From assembly GCF_009914755.1 (NCBI RefSeq), contig NC_060927.1: a stretch of DNA of 64,000 nt. One strand, written 5' to 3'. This document shows, piece after piece, positions 45,581-60,207 of this stretch. The stretch comes from the human T2T-CHM13v2.0 reference genome, Homo sapiens. Under the pieces are notes generated by a model, which was not told the origin of the DNA, ran no database searches, and worked only from the letters and a program-made list of their open reading frames with translations. Position numbers and translations under genes: made by a program. How positions within the stretch are numbered: the stretch's first letter is position 1; every line of letters starts with the position of its first letter.

Positions 45581-47590
45581 TTCTCTTCAGGAGATGTAAC
45601 TACTCTTGACTCCAAGTAAGTGTTTCAATAACACCCTGTGCAGATTTCAAGCACTAAATTTAATTCATGTTATTGTCATTATCTATATGTCTATTTACCA
45701 AACCGGATATTGGCCTTTTCATGTCATTTTAGTATCTTCTGTCTTTGTATCCACACAGTAAGTGTAGTGTCTGAGGTGTTGTAAGTCCTTCACAAATATT
45801 TGTTACAGACATTCATTTGTTGAGGAAAGAACTCATGTAGTTTATTTGATCACATAATGAGAGCTTTGTACTACTTTCTGTTTTCCCTGGCTTGCCAAAA
45901 AAGTTCAAGCCAAATTTTATGCTCTGTGACAATAGCTATCTTATCCTAACTCTAAAAGATATTTTTAACTTTTGTTTTTATTTTAATTAAGCTAACTACA
46001 TGTTTTCATCTAAATGATCTTAAATGCATTTTGGAACTATAAGGAATATAAATTATAAATAAATACACTTAGCAAATTTTGGCTCATCTCTATGTTGAAG
46101 GAAGATCCAATCAATGCCTCTCACCACGATGAAACATTAAGAAACATCAAGCAGTAATAACTGTTAGATAAACAGGCAAAGGTATTATGTGTTATGCTTA
46201 TGAATAGAAAAGGCAAATAGAGATTACTCAAAGAGTAGACTGGAGATTTATAAACTGTAAACAGACACATTTACATGGCTAGAGTTGCTGAGATGATATT
46301 ATGCAGTGAGGAGAATCATGTGTTGAAAACATTCGTTTTACTGTTAGTTATGTATTGGTTGTTTTGCTACTTAGGAGAAAGACAAAAGGATCCTCAGAGG
46401 AGAAGGAGATTATAAACCTGGTGAGACAGCTGCGTAGTGGCCCAGTTATGAGAAAAGCAGAGGTCAGATGCAGGTACCAAGGTCAGGCAACAGAATCCAA
46501 AAGGTACACTTCTATCACTATGAGAGAAAAAGAGTATTAGATTTGAGATTGGAGAATCTCAATGATCCAAGGAAATTATCAGTTGCTTTGGATAGTTACA
46601 GTGACATAAATCCATAAGAATATTATTTTGTGAAGTAAGGAGCATATTCGTTGTCAAATTACTCTTGGTTTTGCTACAGGCTTACCAAAAGGCTGAAGGC
46701 TAGAGTGAAATGGGAAGACAGAAAACAACAGGAGGGAAAAGGAAAATCAGAAGGCATGATGACAAGGCAGAGCTTTATTTATTAAAGTTATACTTTGGAA
46801 AATTTGAGAAAGTAAAGGAGTTGATCATTTTCCTGAACTGTAAACAGACCATTACTTACAAAGTAAACAGCACTTTCTAGATGAAAACAAACTACTGAAA
46901 GAATGAACAAAGAAGCAGTCATTTCACCATCAAGTGAGTCAATATTTGCTTTTTATGGTAACCAGAAATATCTGGGTTTGTTTTTTAATCTTAATGGTAT
47001 AAATTTTAATGACAAAGATTATTTAGCCTTTAGTAAAAAATTGGAAATTCCTACAGTGAAGTTTGCTCTTAGAAATGGACTCCAGTTTTAGAATGAAAAG
47101 TGCCCTAACTTAAGACTTATTTGTTTGTCAAGGTTGATGAGACTATCTAGACATTGTGAAGTGGAAAAGGAATATGCCCACAGAGAAGGCTGGCATCTGC
47201 ACTGGGAAAGGAAACTTAGAGGCAGTTGCTGGGCTTGGCCTGTGGTAAGGGTTCTTGTCCTTGACACCTGCTCTCAGAGGTCAAAAAACTTTTAGCCTTC
47301 CTGAGGCCATTTGGGGAGTCTGAAACTTCCAAATTCATTATTAATATTGAATTGTGAGATTTCACATAAAAATCCACATTTCTGATTTCTTTTAAAAAAT
47401 CAAATAACATTCCAGCATAGCAACTATCAATAGGAACTGAATAGAAGCTGCTCATTTGGGACAGAGCCAGGTCATGATTGTCCCTTCCCTAACCCCACTA
47501 TTTTTGTCAGACATGGAGGCTGAGTTGCCATCTATCAAAATGATTGCACAGCTGTTTGTTTTATTATAGAATTAATAAAATATTGAAGCA

Positions 47591-49010
47591 TTTCTTTTTT
47601 CTCAATGTTCAGTTTTCTTTAATGACCCTCATCTCCCTGAAACAAAGGTTCAGGTAGCTGGGTGATGGCAAGAGATGTTCACTTGACGATTTTGCCCTGA
47701 TTGAAGGCTTTGCCCACATGCTGGAAGGCTCTATCCCAGGAAAAGTACTCTTGAACCTGCATCTGGGTCTCATCACTGCCAGGATCCAGTTTCTGCTACG
47801 TGTATGACTTGTAGTCCACCTGCCAATCTGGACTCAGGGGAAAGGCAAGCTCCTGGCCTCTGAAGACCCAGATTCCAGAAATGGAGCTACTATTGTTGGT
47901 TCCAAAGAGGATGACACGGCAAAGGTGTTCTTCCTCAGCTTGTCTAGTCACTGGAACATTTCAGTGATGAGGTTGCAGCTCATGAAGGTCTGAGTGAGCT
48001 CTTCAGGGAAGTGATACTCAGAGAACCATAGGGACCAGCCATCCTTAACAGAGTGCTTCCAAAAATATGGCAGTGACACAGTGTGTCCTCACTGGAGCAC
48101 TTGGGTGTAAATTCACCCAACACAAAAGTACCCTTGGGCAGCTGAGCAAAGAGGCCCTTGGCCTTGGGCTCAGCAGCCGGTGCCTGCTCACATTCATCCA
48201 TCTCCTCCTCAGAAGCAAGGGAAGCCACACTTTTTCCTCTTTCTGTTCAGCCTGAGGCGTCTGCTTCTCTTTTAACGAACCTTTCCCTTTCCATGGGTGT
48301 CGTTTTTAGTCGGGCTCTCTGTAGAATTTTTAGCATCAAACTGGGCCATCTTCTCACACAGTTTCACTTATTCCAAGACAGCCCGCAACTGGGTCTGGTT
48401 AATGCAGATGAGGAGCCAAGGGTTGATACTGAGAAAGGCTTGGTGGAAAGAAGGCTCCAGCACCTGCTTATAGAGCCATAACAAGGTGCAGACAACTGTG
48501 ATGTCAGCCAGTTACTCATTCACCCACCAGAAAAGTCCTCATCTTCAAGTGAGCATCCAGCAGCTCCAGAATTCACCTCATGTCCTCTTTTGCATTCTTA
48601 GTGGCCTATTTGTTGTGGTGCACGATGCCCAAGGTAGGGAACAACCAAGTACTGGCTAAGGGCACTATGTTGTTATCAGCAAAGCCTATCCACTGCACCA
48701 CCTGGGCTTCTGCTTCTGGAGTACTTTCCTGCAGCTCCTCATTGCTCACACAGTAGGTAATGACATTACTCTTAAACACACAGGCTCCACTGTCACCATC
48801 AAATGCTGGAATCTTGCCAGCAGGAAATTTGAAAAGAAATTTAGGTTTGTGATTGGTTTGGCCAAAGTGGAAGTGGGGATGGTGCAGAGAGCATGCAGAC
48901 CTGAGCCCTGCTGTATTGAGCAGTGATGAGGGCTTTGAAGGCCCTCCAGTTTTCAGCATATGTGTACAGGATCTAAGCCATCATGGTGATTCTTCAGAGA
49001 AAGAGAAGGG
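47591..49010 (-). pseudogene. EEF1GP4: Processed pseudogene of EEF1G (elongation factor 1-gamma)
   Basis: Intronless. ATG at 48984 followed by …[13 protein letters not shown]-like sequence with a TAG at codon 4. Peptides [30 protein letters not shown]. Stop at 47679-47681; ATTAAA and poly-A remnant; pyrimidine-rich (TOP-like) 5' end. Parent gene is clear; the locus number is recalled, not verified. Confidence 0.93.
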
Positions 49011-49029
49011 AAGAAAAACAAATCAAGAA

Positions 49030-49480
49030 TGCATTTGGCTGCAAGTAACAGAAAAGCTGACCAACATGACTTAAACATGAAGGGTTTATTTTTCTCATAT
49101 TACCAAACCTATGCAATTACTGGCAATTGGTTTAGCTACACAACTGCACCCAAGGGTCTAGACTCTTGCTTTACTTTCTGCTAAGCATCCTTCACAAGCT
49201 GGCTTTTGTCTTTGTGGCTATCTCCTCACAAGTACAAAATGGCGTTTGCATCTCCAGATAATTTGTCCACTTCAAAGCAGGAAGAAGGGGAAATGATCAA
49301 GGGCCAAACCAATTGTATGTCCCTTCTACAGAGAAATTTAAAATTCCTCAAGTCAGCAGCATGTTCTGCCTACATCTTATTGGTCAGAACTGGGTTACAT
49401 GGCTAGAAACAAAGGAAACTGAGAAATAAGAAAATGTGAGTAAAAATTTTGGCATGGAGCTGGTTCTAGGCACATTGCCA
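49030..49480 (-). mobile_element. MLT1 (J/K-like) LTR remnant
   Basis: GGCTGCAAGTAACAGAAAA…GGTTTATTTTTCTCA…CACAAGTACAAAATGGC. Confidence 0.6.
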
Positions 49481-49804
49481 CCATAAAAAGCTCAGAGTTT
49501 CACTGAAAAAAAAATAGAAAGAAAGAAAATAAGACTATCTCTTGAGGTAGGAAATATTTTATTTAAGCCTCAGGGGTGATCTGTACCCATGGATGAAATT
49601 ATAGATACAAAAACTAAGCTGGGGATCTTAAACCCAAAGTCCACAAGGGGATAAATGACTAAAACAGGCAAGTGACTTGTGTACATCTATATCGTCTCTG
49701 CATAATTATTTCTAAGATACTCTTCACAAGAAATATGACTTTTCCAATTGTTCTGGAATCATGTGGCATCTTGGTCCATTTTTATCACACTTGTGTATTT
49801 TGCA

Positions 49805-50495
49805 TATCAGTCTCCTGTCAGATGATGGTTTGCAAATATTTTCTCCCATTCTATAGGTTGTCTCATCACTCCATTTACTGTTTCCTTTGCTATGCAGGAG
49901 CTTTCTAATTTAATAAAGTTCAATTTGTCTATTTTTGTTTTCATTGTCTGTGCTTTTGGAGTCTTAGCTGTCAAGTCTTTGCCTAGGCCAGTGCCCTGAA
50001 CAGTTTCCCTTTGTTTTTTTCCAGTAAGTTTATAGTTTGGGGTCTTATATTTAAGTGTTTAGTCCAATTTTTTTGTACATGGTGAGAGACAGGGGTCCAG
50101 TTTCATTCTTCTGCATATGGTTATCTAGTTTTCCTAGCACCACTTATTGAAGAGATTGTACTTTCCCCAGTGTATGTTATTAATGGCTTTGTCAAAGATC
50201 AGTTGGCTTTGAATACGTAGATTTATTTCTGGGTTGTCTATTCTGTTCCATTGGTCTATGTACCTATTTTTATACCAATACTAAGCTATTTGGGTTACTC
50301 TACCCTTGTAATATATTTTGAAGTCAGATAGTGTGGTGCCTTTAGCTTTGTTCTTTTTGCTCAGGGTTGCTTTGACTATTCAGGCTCTTTCATTGTTCCA
50401 CAAGAATTTTAGGACTGCTTTTCCTATTTCTGAGAAAAATGGCATGGGTATTTTGATAGGGATTGTATGGAATCTGCAGATTGTTTTGGATAGTA
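49805..50495 (-). mobile_element. LINE-1 ORF2 fragment
   Basis: TTTGCAAATATTTTCTCCCATTC…TTCATTCTTCTGCATATGG…GTTCTTTTTGCTCAGG. Confidence 0.88.
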
Positions 50496-51440
50496 GAAAA
50501 AAATTTTAATGTGTAGATTTTATTGAAAATATTTATATTCAAAATAGTTTGGATTCTAAACACTTAGATTTTACCTGATTAAAATCAGAAGTATTGATCT
50601 TATTGTTAGAAGAAGCTTTGGTTATCTTAACAGACAGTTTCTACATAAACAATTATTTGATTATACAAAATATCAAATGTAAATAGAAATAGACCAAGAA
50701 ACAATAGACCTAAATAATTATTTAACCAGTAGCAATCATTTGGATCACCTTTTAAAGGAATTTTTGGATACATGAAAAATGGAAAGATATTGTAATAAGA
50801 TAACGCAGCACACAAAGGCATTTGATCCTATTTCATCACTGTTACTACACTTCTATTTTTCAGTAGTGGTGGACCCTCATTATTGCCCATCAATCATTCA
50901 GTTTATTATGTAAACCATAATGCAGGACCTTGTATTCTGCAGACAGCACAGGTCTTAGAATGCCAACATCTGTCATGGGCTGTAAGACACAAGATTTAAA
51001 TGTTTATTTCATTCACTACTTTAGACTTTTCTCTTTTTTTAAGTTCTAAGATGGACCAAGTTATCCTGTTGTTTTTTCTCTTCAAGAGGAATAGACAAGC
51101 ATTTAAGGCAGCAAGTACTGCAACTGGCTGCTTGGAAAGGCAACAACCAAGGAAGGGCAACAAGGAAAGCCATAGTGACATTGTGCTCCAGAGGCTGAAA
51201 GTGCTTAGGATAGGCAAGGCAGCACTTTCCCTTTTCCCTTTGCAGGCCATGTTCTCTAGCGCGTTGCCTCAGTGCCCTTGCTAATAGCAGACATTGCTGC
51301 TCCCAGCCCAGCATTTGCAGCCTCAGTTTTAGCTGGCTTGGCCATGCTGTTTCCTGTGGTTGTGGTTTGTTAATTTTCACTGCTGTATATCGTTCCATTA
51401 TGCAAACCTGCCACAATTCATCAATATTACTGTTAATGGA

Positions 51441-53028
<1,588 letters not shown>

Positions 53029-53249
53029 ATTCTTTCTTAATGTCTGTCTTTTCATTAGGCTGTGGCTTCACAAGGTGTTCGTTAGGTTTTTTGTTTTTTT
53101 TTTTTTTTTTTTGGATGAATGGATACTGAATAGATGGTGTAATGTCATGGTGATATGAGATAATCCTGGAAAAGGTTAGTTGGGGCCATACTGCAGAGAA
53201 ATGCAAAGTCTGGTGAGAAGTTTGCACTAATTTGTTAGACAATGAAGCT

Positions 53250-53500
53250 TCAGAGTGGAGTGATCAAAAGCACAGACTAGGAGCCAGACTATCTATGTGG
53301 GTTCCACTGCCGGTCCTACCACTTACTAGCTGTGTAACCTTGGGGTTACTTACCTAACATATCTGTGTCTCAGTTTCCTTACCTGAAAAAGAATGGATTT
53401 CATAGGAGGATTGTGAAGATTAAATGAATTCATATTTATAAATTGCTTAGACCAGTACCCAGCACAAGGTAAGTTCTACGGCAGTGATTATTAAATAAAA
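53250..53500 (+). mobile_element. MIR
   Basis: CCACTTACTAGCTGTGTAACCTTGGG…GTCTCAGTTTCC core. Confidence 0.82.
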
Positions 53501-54983
53501 TGGGTATCCATCACAGGTTTTTGAACAGGGAAGTGGCATTTTTTGGAGCAGAATGAGAGGCTGTAATAAAGGCAGGGGCAGTGGTCCAGGCTACAGCTAC
53601 TGTTATGGTCAGAAGGCTGATTCTCACTGACCTCTGTTGCCTGTATAAGACATACTTATGAGCAACTCACAAGCAGAAAATAACTTGACAATAGGGATTG
53701 AGAAAATTACATTTTCAAAAATTTTATCCTTTACCTTTGCAGACAAATTCTGAGTGGGTGGGCAGTTTGGAATTGCAACCTCTAATTAGAAAACTTTCAT
53801 CTTTTATATCCACCAGTGAATGAACTGTAGTTACCACAGTGGTGGAATTTCAGACCAGCAGGAGAGGGACTTTTTCCATCCCACTGAAATGGCACAACAT
53901 AAGTTTCTCCCTATGGTGCCTAAGCATGAGGTTGATTTATTGAAATTTGCAGAAATTTCCACTGGAAGTTGCCTGCAGTGAAGTTGTCTCTGTAGAGCTG
54001 GGTCATCTCACTGAAGCCACACTATGGAACAGTGAATATGTGGGAGTTTAGGAAGAAACAGATGCTACATTCCAACTGGGCACTTTGAAACATTTAAGAA
54101 AAGGATCACTTGCTGACTAGGGAAAACAACAAGGAATGATGCAGAACCCTGAAGCTAGCAACCCTGGGGAAGCCTGATCATCTTAGGTCTGAATTGCATG
54201 CTTAATCTTACTTAATCCTCACATTATCTCCATAGCTATTATTACTAATACTTCTCAGATAAGGAAAACTGAGGCTTTAAGAAGTTAAGTGAGTTGCCCA
54301 AGGTCTCACAGCTCGTAAGAATCACCTGAATCAATTTTAGTGTTAGGTTTTCTGAAGCTAAAGTCCATGCTCTTTTCGCCACTTGAGTAATCTACTGACC
54401 TTTTATTTATGCAATAACTTTATATTTTACTCAATTAGGTGAGTATACTTGTATAAAATTCAAACATTACAGAAATTATAGAGTAAAATTATGGAGTAAA
54501 AAGTTCAGTTCAGTTCTTCTGACCTCTGTCCCTCAAACCACTTTTTTTCTCAGAAGTTATCATTATTGACAGTGGGACGTGGCTTCTTCCAGATACTTTT
54601 TCCCCTGTGCATTTACAAACTTAGCACATATATGACTATTTTTACAGAAAAGGTAAACTGAAGCTTAAAGAAGTTAAAGTGACTTGCCCATGGTCTGTTT
54701 CTGCTGGATATCCACTGTAAATAGGGTCATTTTGTTAATAATTTCCTTTAACTTCTTATTACTTTGTGCTTTTTTTTCCTTTTACTTTGGACACTTCCCT
54801 CCCAGAGTGATTTGAATTATTTCATTATACTGTGGCTTAAATTATACAGATATATATCTACATATCTATAGATAAATATCTAAATATATATTTAGGTATT
54901 AAACTTCCTGGTGTCTTTATCATTATACATAACTACAAAACCTGAATAAAGTTAAGAAACAACATAATTTAAAAATTAAAGTT

Positions 54984-55352
<369 letters not shown>

Positions 55353-56001
55353 TTAATTATAGGAAGACATTTTATTCACTTGTTGACTTTTGATTTTGAG
55401 CATGATAGTCCATTTTTATCTTTTTTCTTTTTTTGCTTTTAAACAATAAATACATACTCTCATTTTATCCTATGGCCAGTCAAAAGGCAATAAAGCAATG
55501 TAATAGTGCATGCCCAAACAATACTGAAACATTTTTAAAGGACCATTTACCAAAAATATTTTTCATGTATTTCTACAACTGTAAGTTCTGGTGATGAACT
55601 TTTGCAATCTGATCAGTACAGAGGTAGATATACACAAAGAATCCACATTTCCCACATTTCCCAAATGGTACTAACTACCATACCACTGTATCAGAATTAC
55701 TGTGTATAAGATGACTCAGTTCTCTCACAAATTATTCCTTGTTTGAACTATTGGTAAACTTTTGTTTGCATAGTATAAAATGAGGCAATCTGGCCTCCAG
55801 TGGACGTTGGTGCCTTGTTTCCATTCTGAGTCCACCTCAATTTCTTCCTCATTAGCTGCCCCAGTTGGTATATATTACTGCCCCTTGTCATTTTCATGAC
55901 ACCATTTGTAAACCTCAGTTTATTCAGTAACTTAAAAAACTAAAGTTTCAGTCCATGAAGATGTCTTGTAATTCTATCCCCAGGAAAAAAATTTTTCCTT
56001 C

Positions 56002-56182
56002 TGAAAAATTGCAAAAGGAAGAAAGTATACTATTATGGAACTTGTGATCATTCATAGAGAGTTGTGCTCAAGTTCACCTTTGTCCTGTAAAAAAGAAAGA
56101 TTTGCTAAACAATTAATAGAGGAAAGGTCATAACATCTTTATGCAAAACATTCCCATTTACAGAGAAGTGTGTAAATGGGAA
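56002..56182 (+). repeat. Copy 1 of a 181-bp interspersed direct duplication
   Basis: Matches 60026-60207 with 4 substitutions and 1 indel, counted by eye. Confidence 0.95.
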
Positions 56183-57329
56183 AATCTCAAGCTTTGTCAT
56201 ATAATTGGTTAAAATAAATTACAAGTACAATAGCAGATACAGAATGTTGTCATTTAGATACTAGGTTGTGCAGGCTCAGATACATTCAGTTACGCGTGTT
56301 AATACATAGAAATGAAATACTATTCCTTCATAGGATCACTTGGTTATAACCTGACTAAAAATAGCAGTACAAAATGCAGGGATTGCATTTTGTGGGTATT
56401 AAGTGGTCATTTAGACTGACGCAGAATATGCCTATCTTTTTAAAAGAGTATCAATCATATAAGAATAAAAAATTAAAATAATCTCAAGGTATTTGTGATA
56501 CAGTCACCCACCCCCACCCCAACCACAGCTCTGGATAAGTGAGAAGTTCCCAGTTTGAGAATTGCTGTGCACTGTGTCCTACTTCCCTGCGTGGGGCACA
56601 GAGGCCATAGGCTCGGGGGTGGGAGGAGAACTCTGCTGAAGGGAGTGAACACAGACTTACCTTCAAACTCTTACAGGGTTCTGTCTGCTGCTGGCAAGGA
56701 AGTTGGCCAAGTTAAGAATGGGATGCTGTGGTCTGTGTGGTTTTATATCTCCCCAGTGCCCAGGCCAGGGAGATATTTCTCCATTTTGCAGACAGGCTTA
56801 GACTAAATTATTTCTGTGGATGTCCAGACTCTGCTGGATTGATGTCAGCCTTCCATGTTACCCATCTCCTAGTTTGTACTATGGCTTGAAGCCCCTCTTT
56901 CCTGTCCTAAGATATACTTACTCACTATGAAAGAGAAGAGAAAAAGCCATAATGGAGGTTCTATGGCATGTAATGTCCTCATGAATCTATTACCCTGGTG
57001 CATAATACATTTATTATTCTAATTGGCATAAGTACCAGAAGTGTGTTTCTGGATCTTTCCTTGGGATTCAACATGGGTATCCACTCAAAGGAAAGTGTTC
57101 CCTTAAGATACTTCATTTCCAAAGTAACTGGTAGTTAAGACAAAGACAGAGTTCCTTTTTTCTTTTTTTTTCCCTCCTTCCTTCCCTTCTTTAGTTCCTC
57201 TTCTTCCTCTTTCTCCTTTTTTCTGTCAGGTATCCTTTAAGCAGAGCTGTGACTGGACAGGGATCCCCAGACCCCCAGGACTGTACTCCTCACACCAGAC
57301 ACCTGCTGAGAAACATAAATTAACAATAT

Positions 57330-57693
57330 ATTGAGAGTAGAATGATAGTTATCAGAGGCTGGGAAGAGTAGTAGGGCAGGGGTAGGGGGTGGGATCTGGA
57401 GAGAAGTGGGGATGGTTAATGTGTACAAAAATACAGTTAGATAGAATGAATAAAATGTAGTATTCCATAGCACAGCAGGGTGACCAAAGTCAACAATAAT
57501 TTATTGTAGATTTTAAAATAACTATAAGAGTATAATTGGAATGTTTATAACACAAAGAAATAATAAATGCTTGAGGTGATAGATACCCCATTTGCCCTGA
57601 TGTGATTGTTATGCATTGTATGCCTGTATCAAAATACCTCATGTACCCCATAAATATTTACACTTACTATGTACCCATAAAAATAAAATAAAA
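57330..57693 (+). mobile_element. 5'-truncated L1MA 3' end inserted into an older L1M (MC/MD-like, extending to ~58500)
   Basis: GAGTAGAATGATAGTTATCAGAGGCTGGG…TACTATGTACCCATAAAAATAAAA. TSD-like CAATATATT(G/A)AGA. Confidence 0.85.
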
Positions 57694-60025
57694 CCCAATA
57701 TATTAAGAAACACAGCCTTACAGAAGAATTCCAATTAATAAATGTAAAATTAAAGAGGGGAAATAAAAAGCCATCACTGGGGAAATACCACAGTAATAAC
57801 TGTTGCAGACAAGATCCAGTGACAGATAAAATTAGTGGGCAAAAGTTTGAGGAGAAGTAGGATATCAGCATCATCTCAAAATATCTCTCCCAAAGCACTT
57901 ATCCCTTATAAAGGGAAGAATAATACATTTGCAATGGAGAAACCCAACAACACCACAGTAATCAAGTGGTCAAGATTAATGTCACTGGTACTGAGACATA
58001 TCAACATTACATACCTGCTGATAGTGTGCACTGGGAAAGACACAGTATCATTTTTGCCATAATCTTTCCAAAAAGGCATAAAGCCTCTATTTAATCATGA
58101 GAAAACATTAGATAAACCCAAATTGAGGGCCAGTCTACAAAATACCTGACGAGCCCTCATTAAAAGTGTCAAGGTCACAAAAGACAAGGAAAGACTGAGA
58201 ACTGTCACAGATTGGAGCAGACCAGGGAGACAATCAAATGCGATGTGGGATTCTGAATTGATTCTTGAATAGAAAAAGGACATTCAGGGAAAAACTGAAG
58301 AAATTCAAATAAGAGCTGTAGTTCAGTCAATGGTGTTGTAACAATATTAATTTCCTGGTTTTGATAATATACTATGGTTATACAACATGTTATTAAAAAT
58401 ATTAGAAGAAGCTGGGTGAAAGGTATATGGAAAGTCTCTTTTTTTTTCAACTTTTTGGCAAATGTAAAATTATTTCAAAATAAAAATGTAAATAAATAAA
58501 AGAAACACTTAGGACTAGAATGGTCATAATAAGTTTCCTGTGTAAGAAATTATTTGATCTCAGCCTTGAATTGTGGGCAGAATTCCATAGGTGGAATTCC
58601 AGATAGGGAAGCTCCCAGATAGGGAAGGAACAAATCACCACTTGATTGATCAATGGCAAGAACACAGTGGGCCATGGATATTGATGTGAGGTTGGATTTG
58701 TAGTGGGAAGAGAGAAAACTGGATTGTGAGGATTCCTGAAAACCTGGTCAAGAATATTAGACTACAAGCCTGCAGCAGATAAGAGAGAGTCTTTATACAT
58801 CTGAGAATGGGAAGGCTGTTGTGATCATCTGGATGGGACCGGAGGCCTTGCTAAGTTTGTGTGTTGACAGTGAGGAAGGAGAATGAATATGACATGAAAT
58901 ATTATAGGAAATGTTCAAGATTTGACGAATATAAGGGAAATGAAGAAGAGTCAAAGAGGACTTGATTTTAAGCTCAGACAGGTGGATGGTGGTATCATTC
59001 ACAGTAAGAAATTCGGGAGGCAAGAAAATCTGGGGTGAGGGGAAAGGATATCATATAGGTGTGAAGTTTGAGATATTGCAAGAGATTCAAATGAAAATGT
59101 TTTAGTAATAGTTCTAAGGACATCTCTTTCTTTATTTGTTTAGCAGACATTTATTCCCTACTTTGTGCTAGGACTCATGCTAGGTGCTGGAGATAAAAAA
59201 TCCCATGATGTGGCTCTTACCCTAAATGAGCCGGGGAGGAGACAGACACTGTATGGAGGGTTGCATACAGGCTGGGATTACAGGGAGTATGACAAGCTTT
59301 AAGAATTTTCCCAGTCTTGGGAATATGGGACTACAGGTCAGGCAAATACAGAAGATACGAAAACTTAGGAGTCATTAGCCAAAAATGGTAGTGGAAGCCT
59401 TGTATGGCTAAGTTAAAATTTAATAGAAGAAGAAAGGCAAAAGTTCAAGAGGTAGTCCTGCTGAGACTCACCCCGAGAGAATAGGAGAAAGTCAAAAGTC
59501 ACTCGCAGAAAGGAAGAAAGTGTTGGAAAAGTTGCAACAGAATCTGTAGTCATGGAACCACAGACATGGAAGAGAGTTTCAAGGAAGTGGGAGTTTGCCA
59601 GTTGTTTGGATTTTGAGGGGATCAGTTCAGTGGAGTGGAAAGGTCAAGAATTGTAGAGAAACTAGAGAGGAAATGAAAGCATGGAGTACTCATTTGAAAA
59701 GTATAGTAATGAAAGAAAGCCAAGAGGTAGGAAGGTTCCTGGAGGGGGCACCAAGAGTGTGTGAAGTAGAATCTTCTCCACTCATTCACTCAATTCAACA
59801 AATACTGATTTCAGTTGCCAGGCACTGTGATGGGTATTTCATGTATATTTCTCAGTTAGTCCTCACAACTTTTTGAGTGGGTATTATCTCTTTAGCGAAC
59901 TTTTTTTGGGGAGTCTACTTGGCACCAGAGAGTATTTCAGTTGATGAGGACACAATAATGGACAAAAATAGGCAATCCCTGACGTCTTGTCACTATTGAC
60001 ATTAAGCAAATTATGTCACACGTCA

Positions 60026-60207
60026 TGAAAAATTGCAAAAGGAAGAAAATATACTATTATGGAACTTGTGATCATTCATAGAGGGTTGTGCTCAAGTTCA
60101 CCTTTGTCCTGCAAAAAAGAAAGCTTTGCTAAACAAATTAATAGAGGAAAGGTCATAACATCTTTATGCAAAACATTCCCATTTACAGAGAAGTGTGTAA
60201 ATGGGAA
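60026..60207 (+). repeat. Copy 2 of the 181-bp interspersed direct duplication
   Basis: Matches 56002-56182. Confidence 0.95.

Noticed and set aside
54843-54900. TA-rich palindromic tract
   Set aside because: Self-complementarity is expected in (TA)n low-complexity DNA.
58597-58627. CCAGATAGGGAAG repeated twice, and other short tandem pairs, as array or CRISPR-like structure
   Set aside because: Only two units with no unique spacers; ordinary slippage duplications in eukaryotic DNA.
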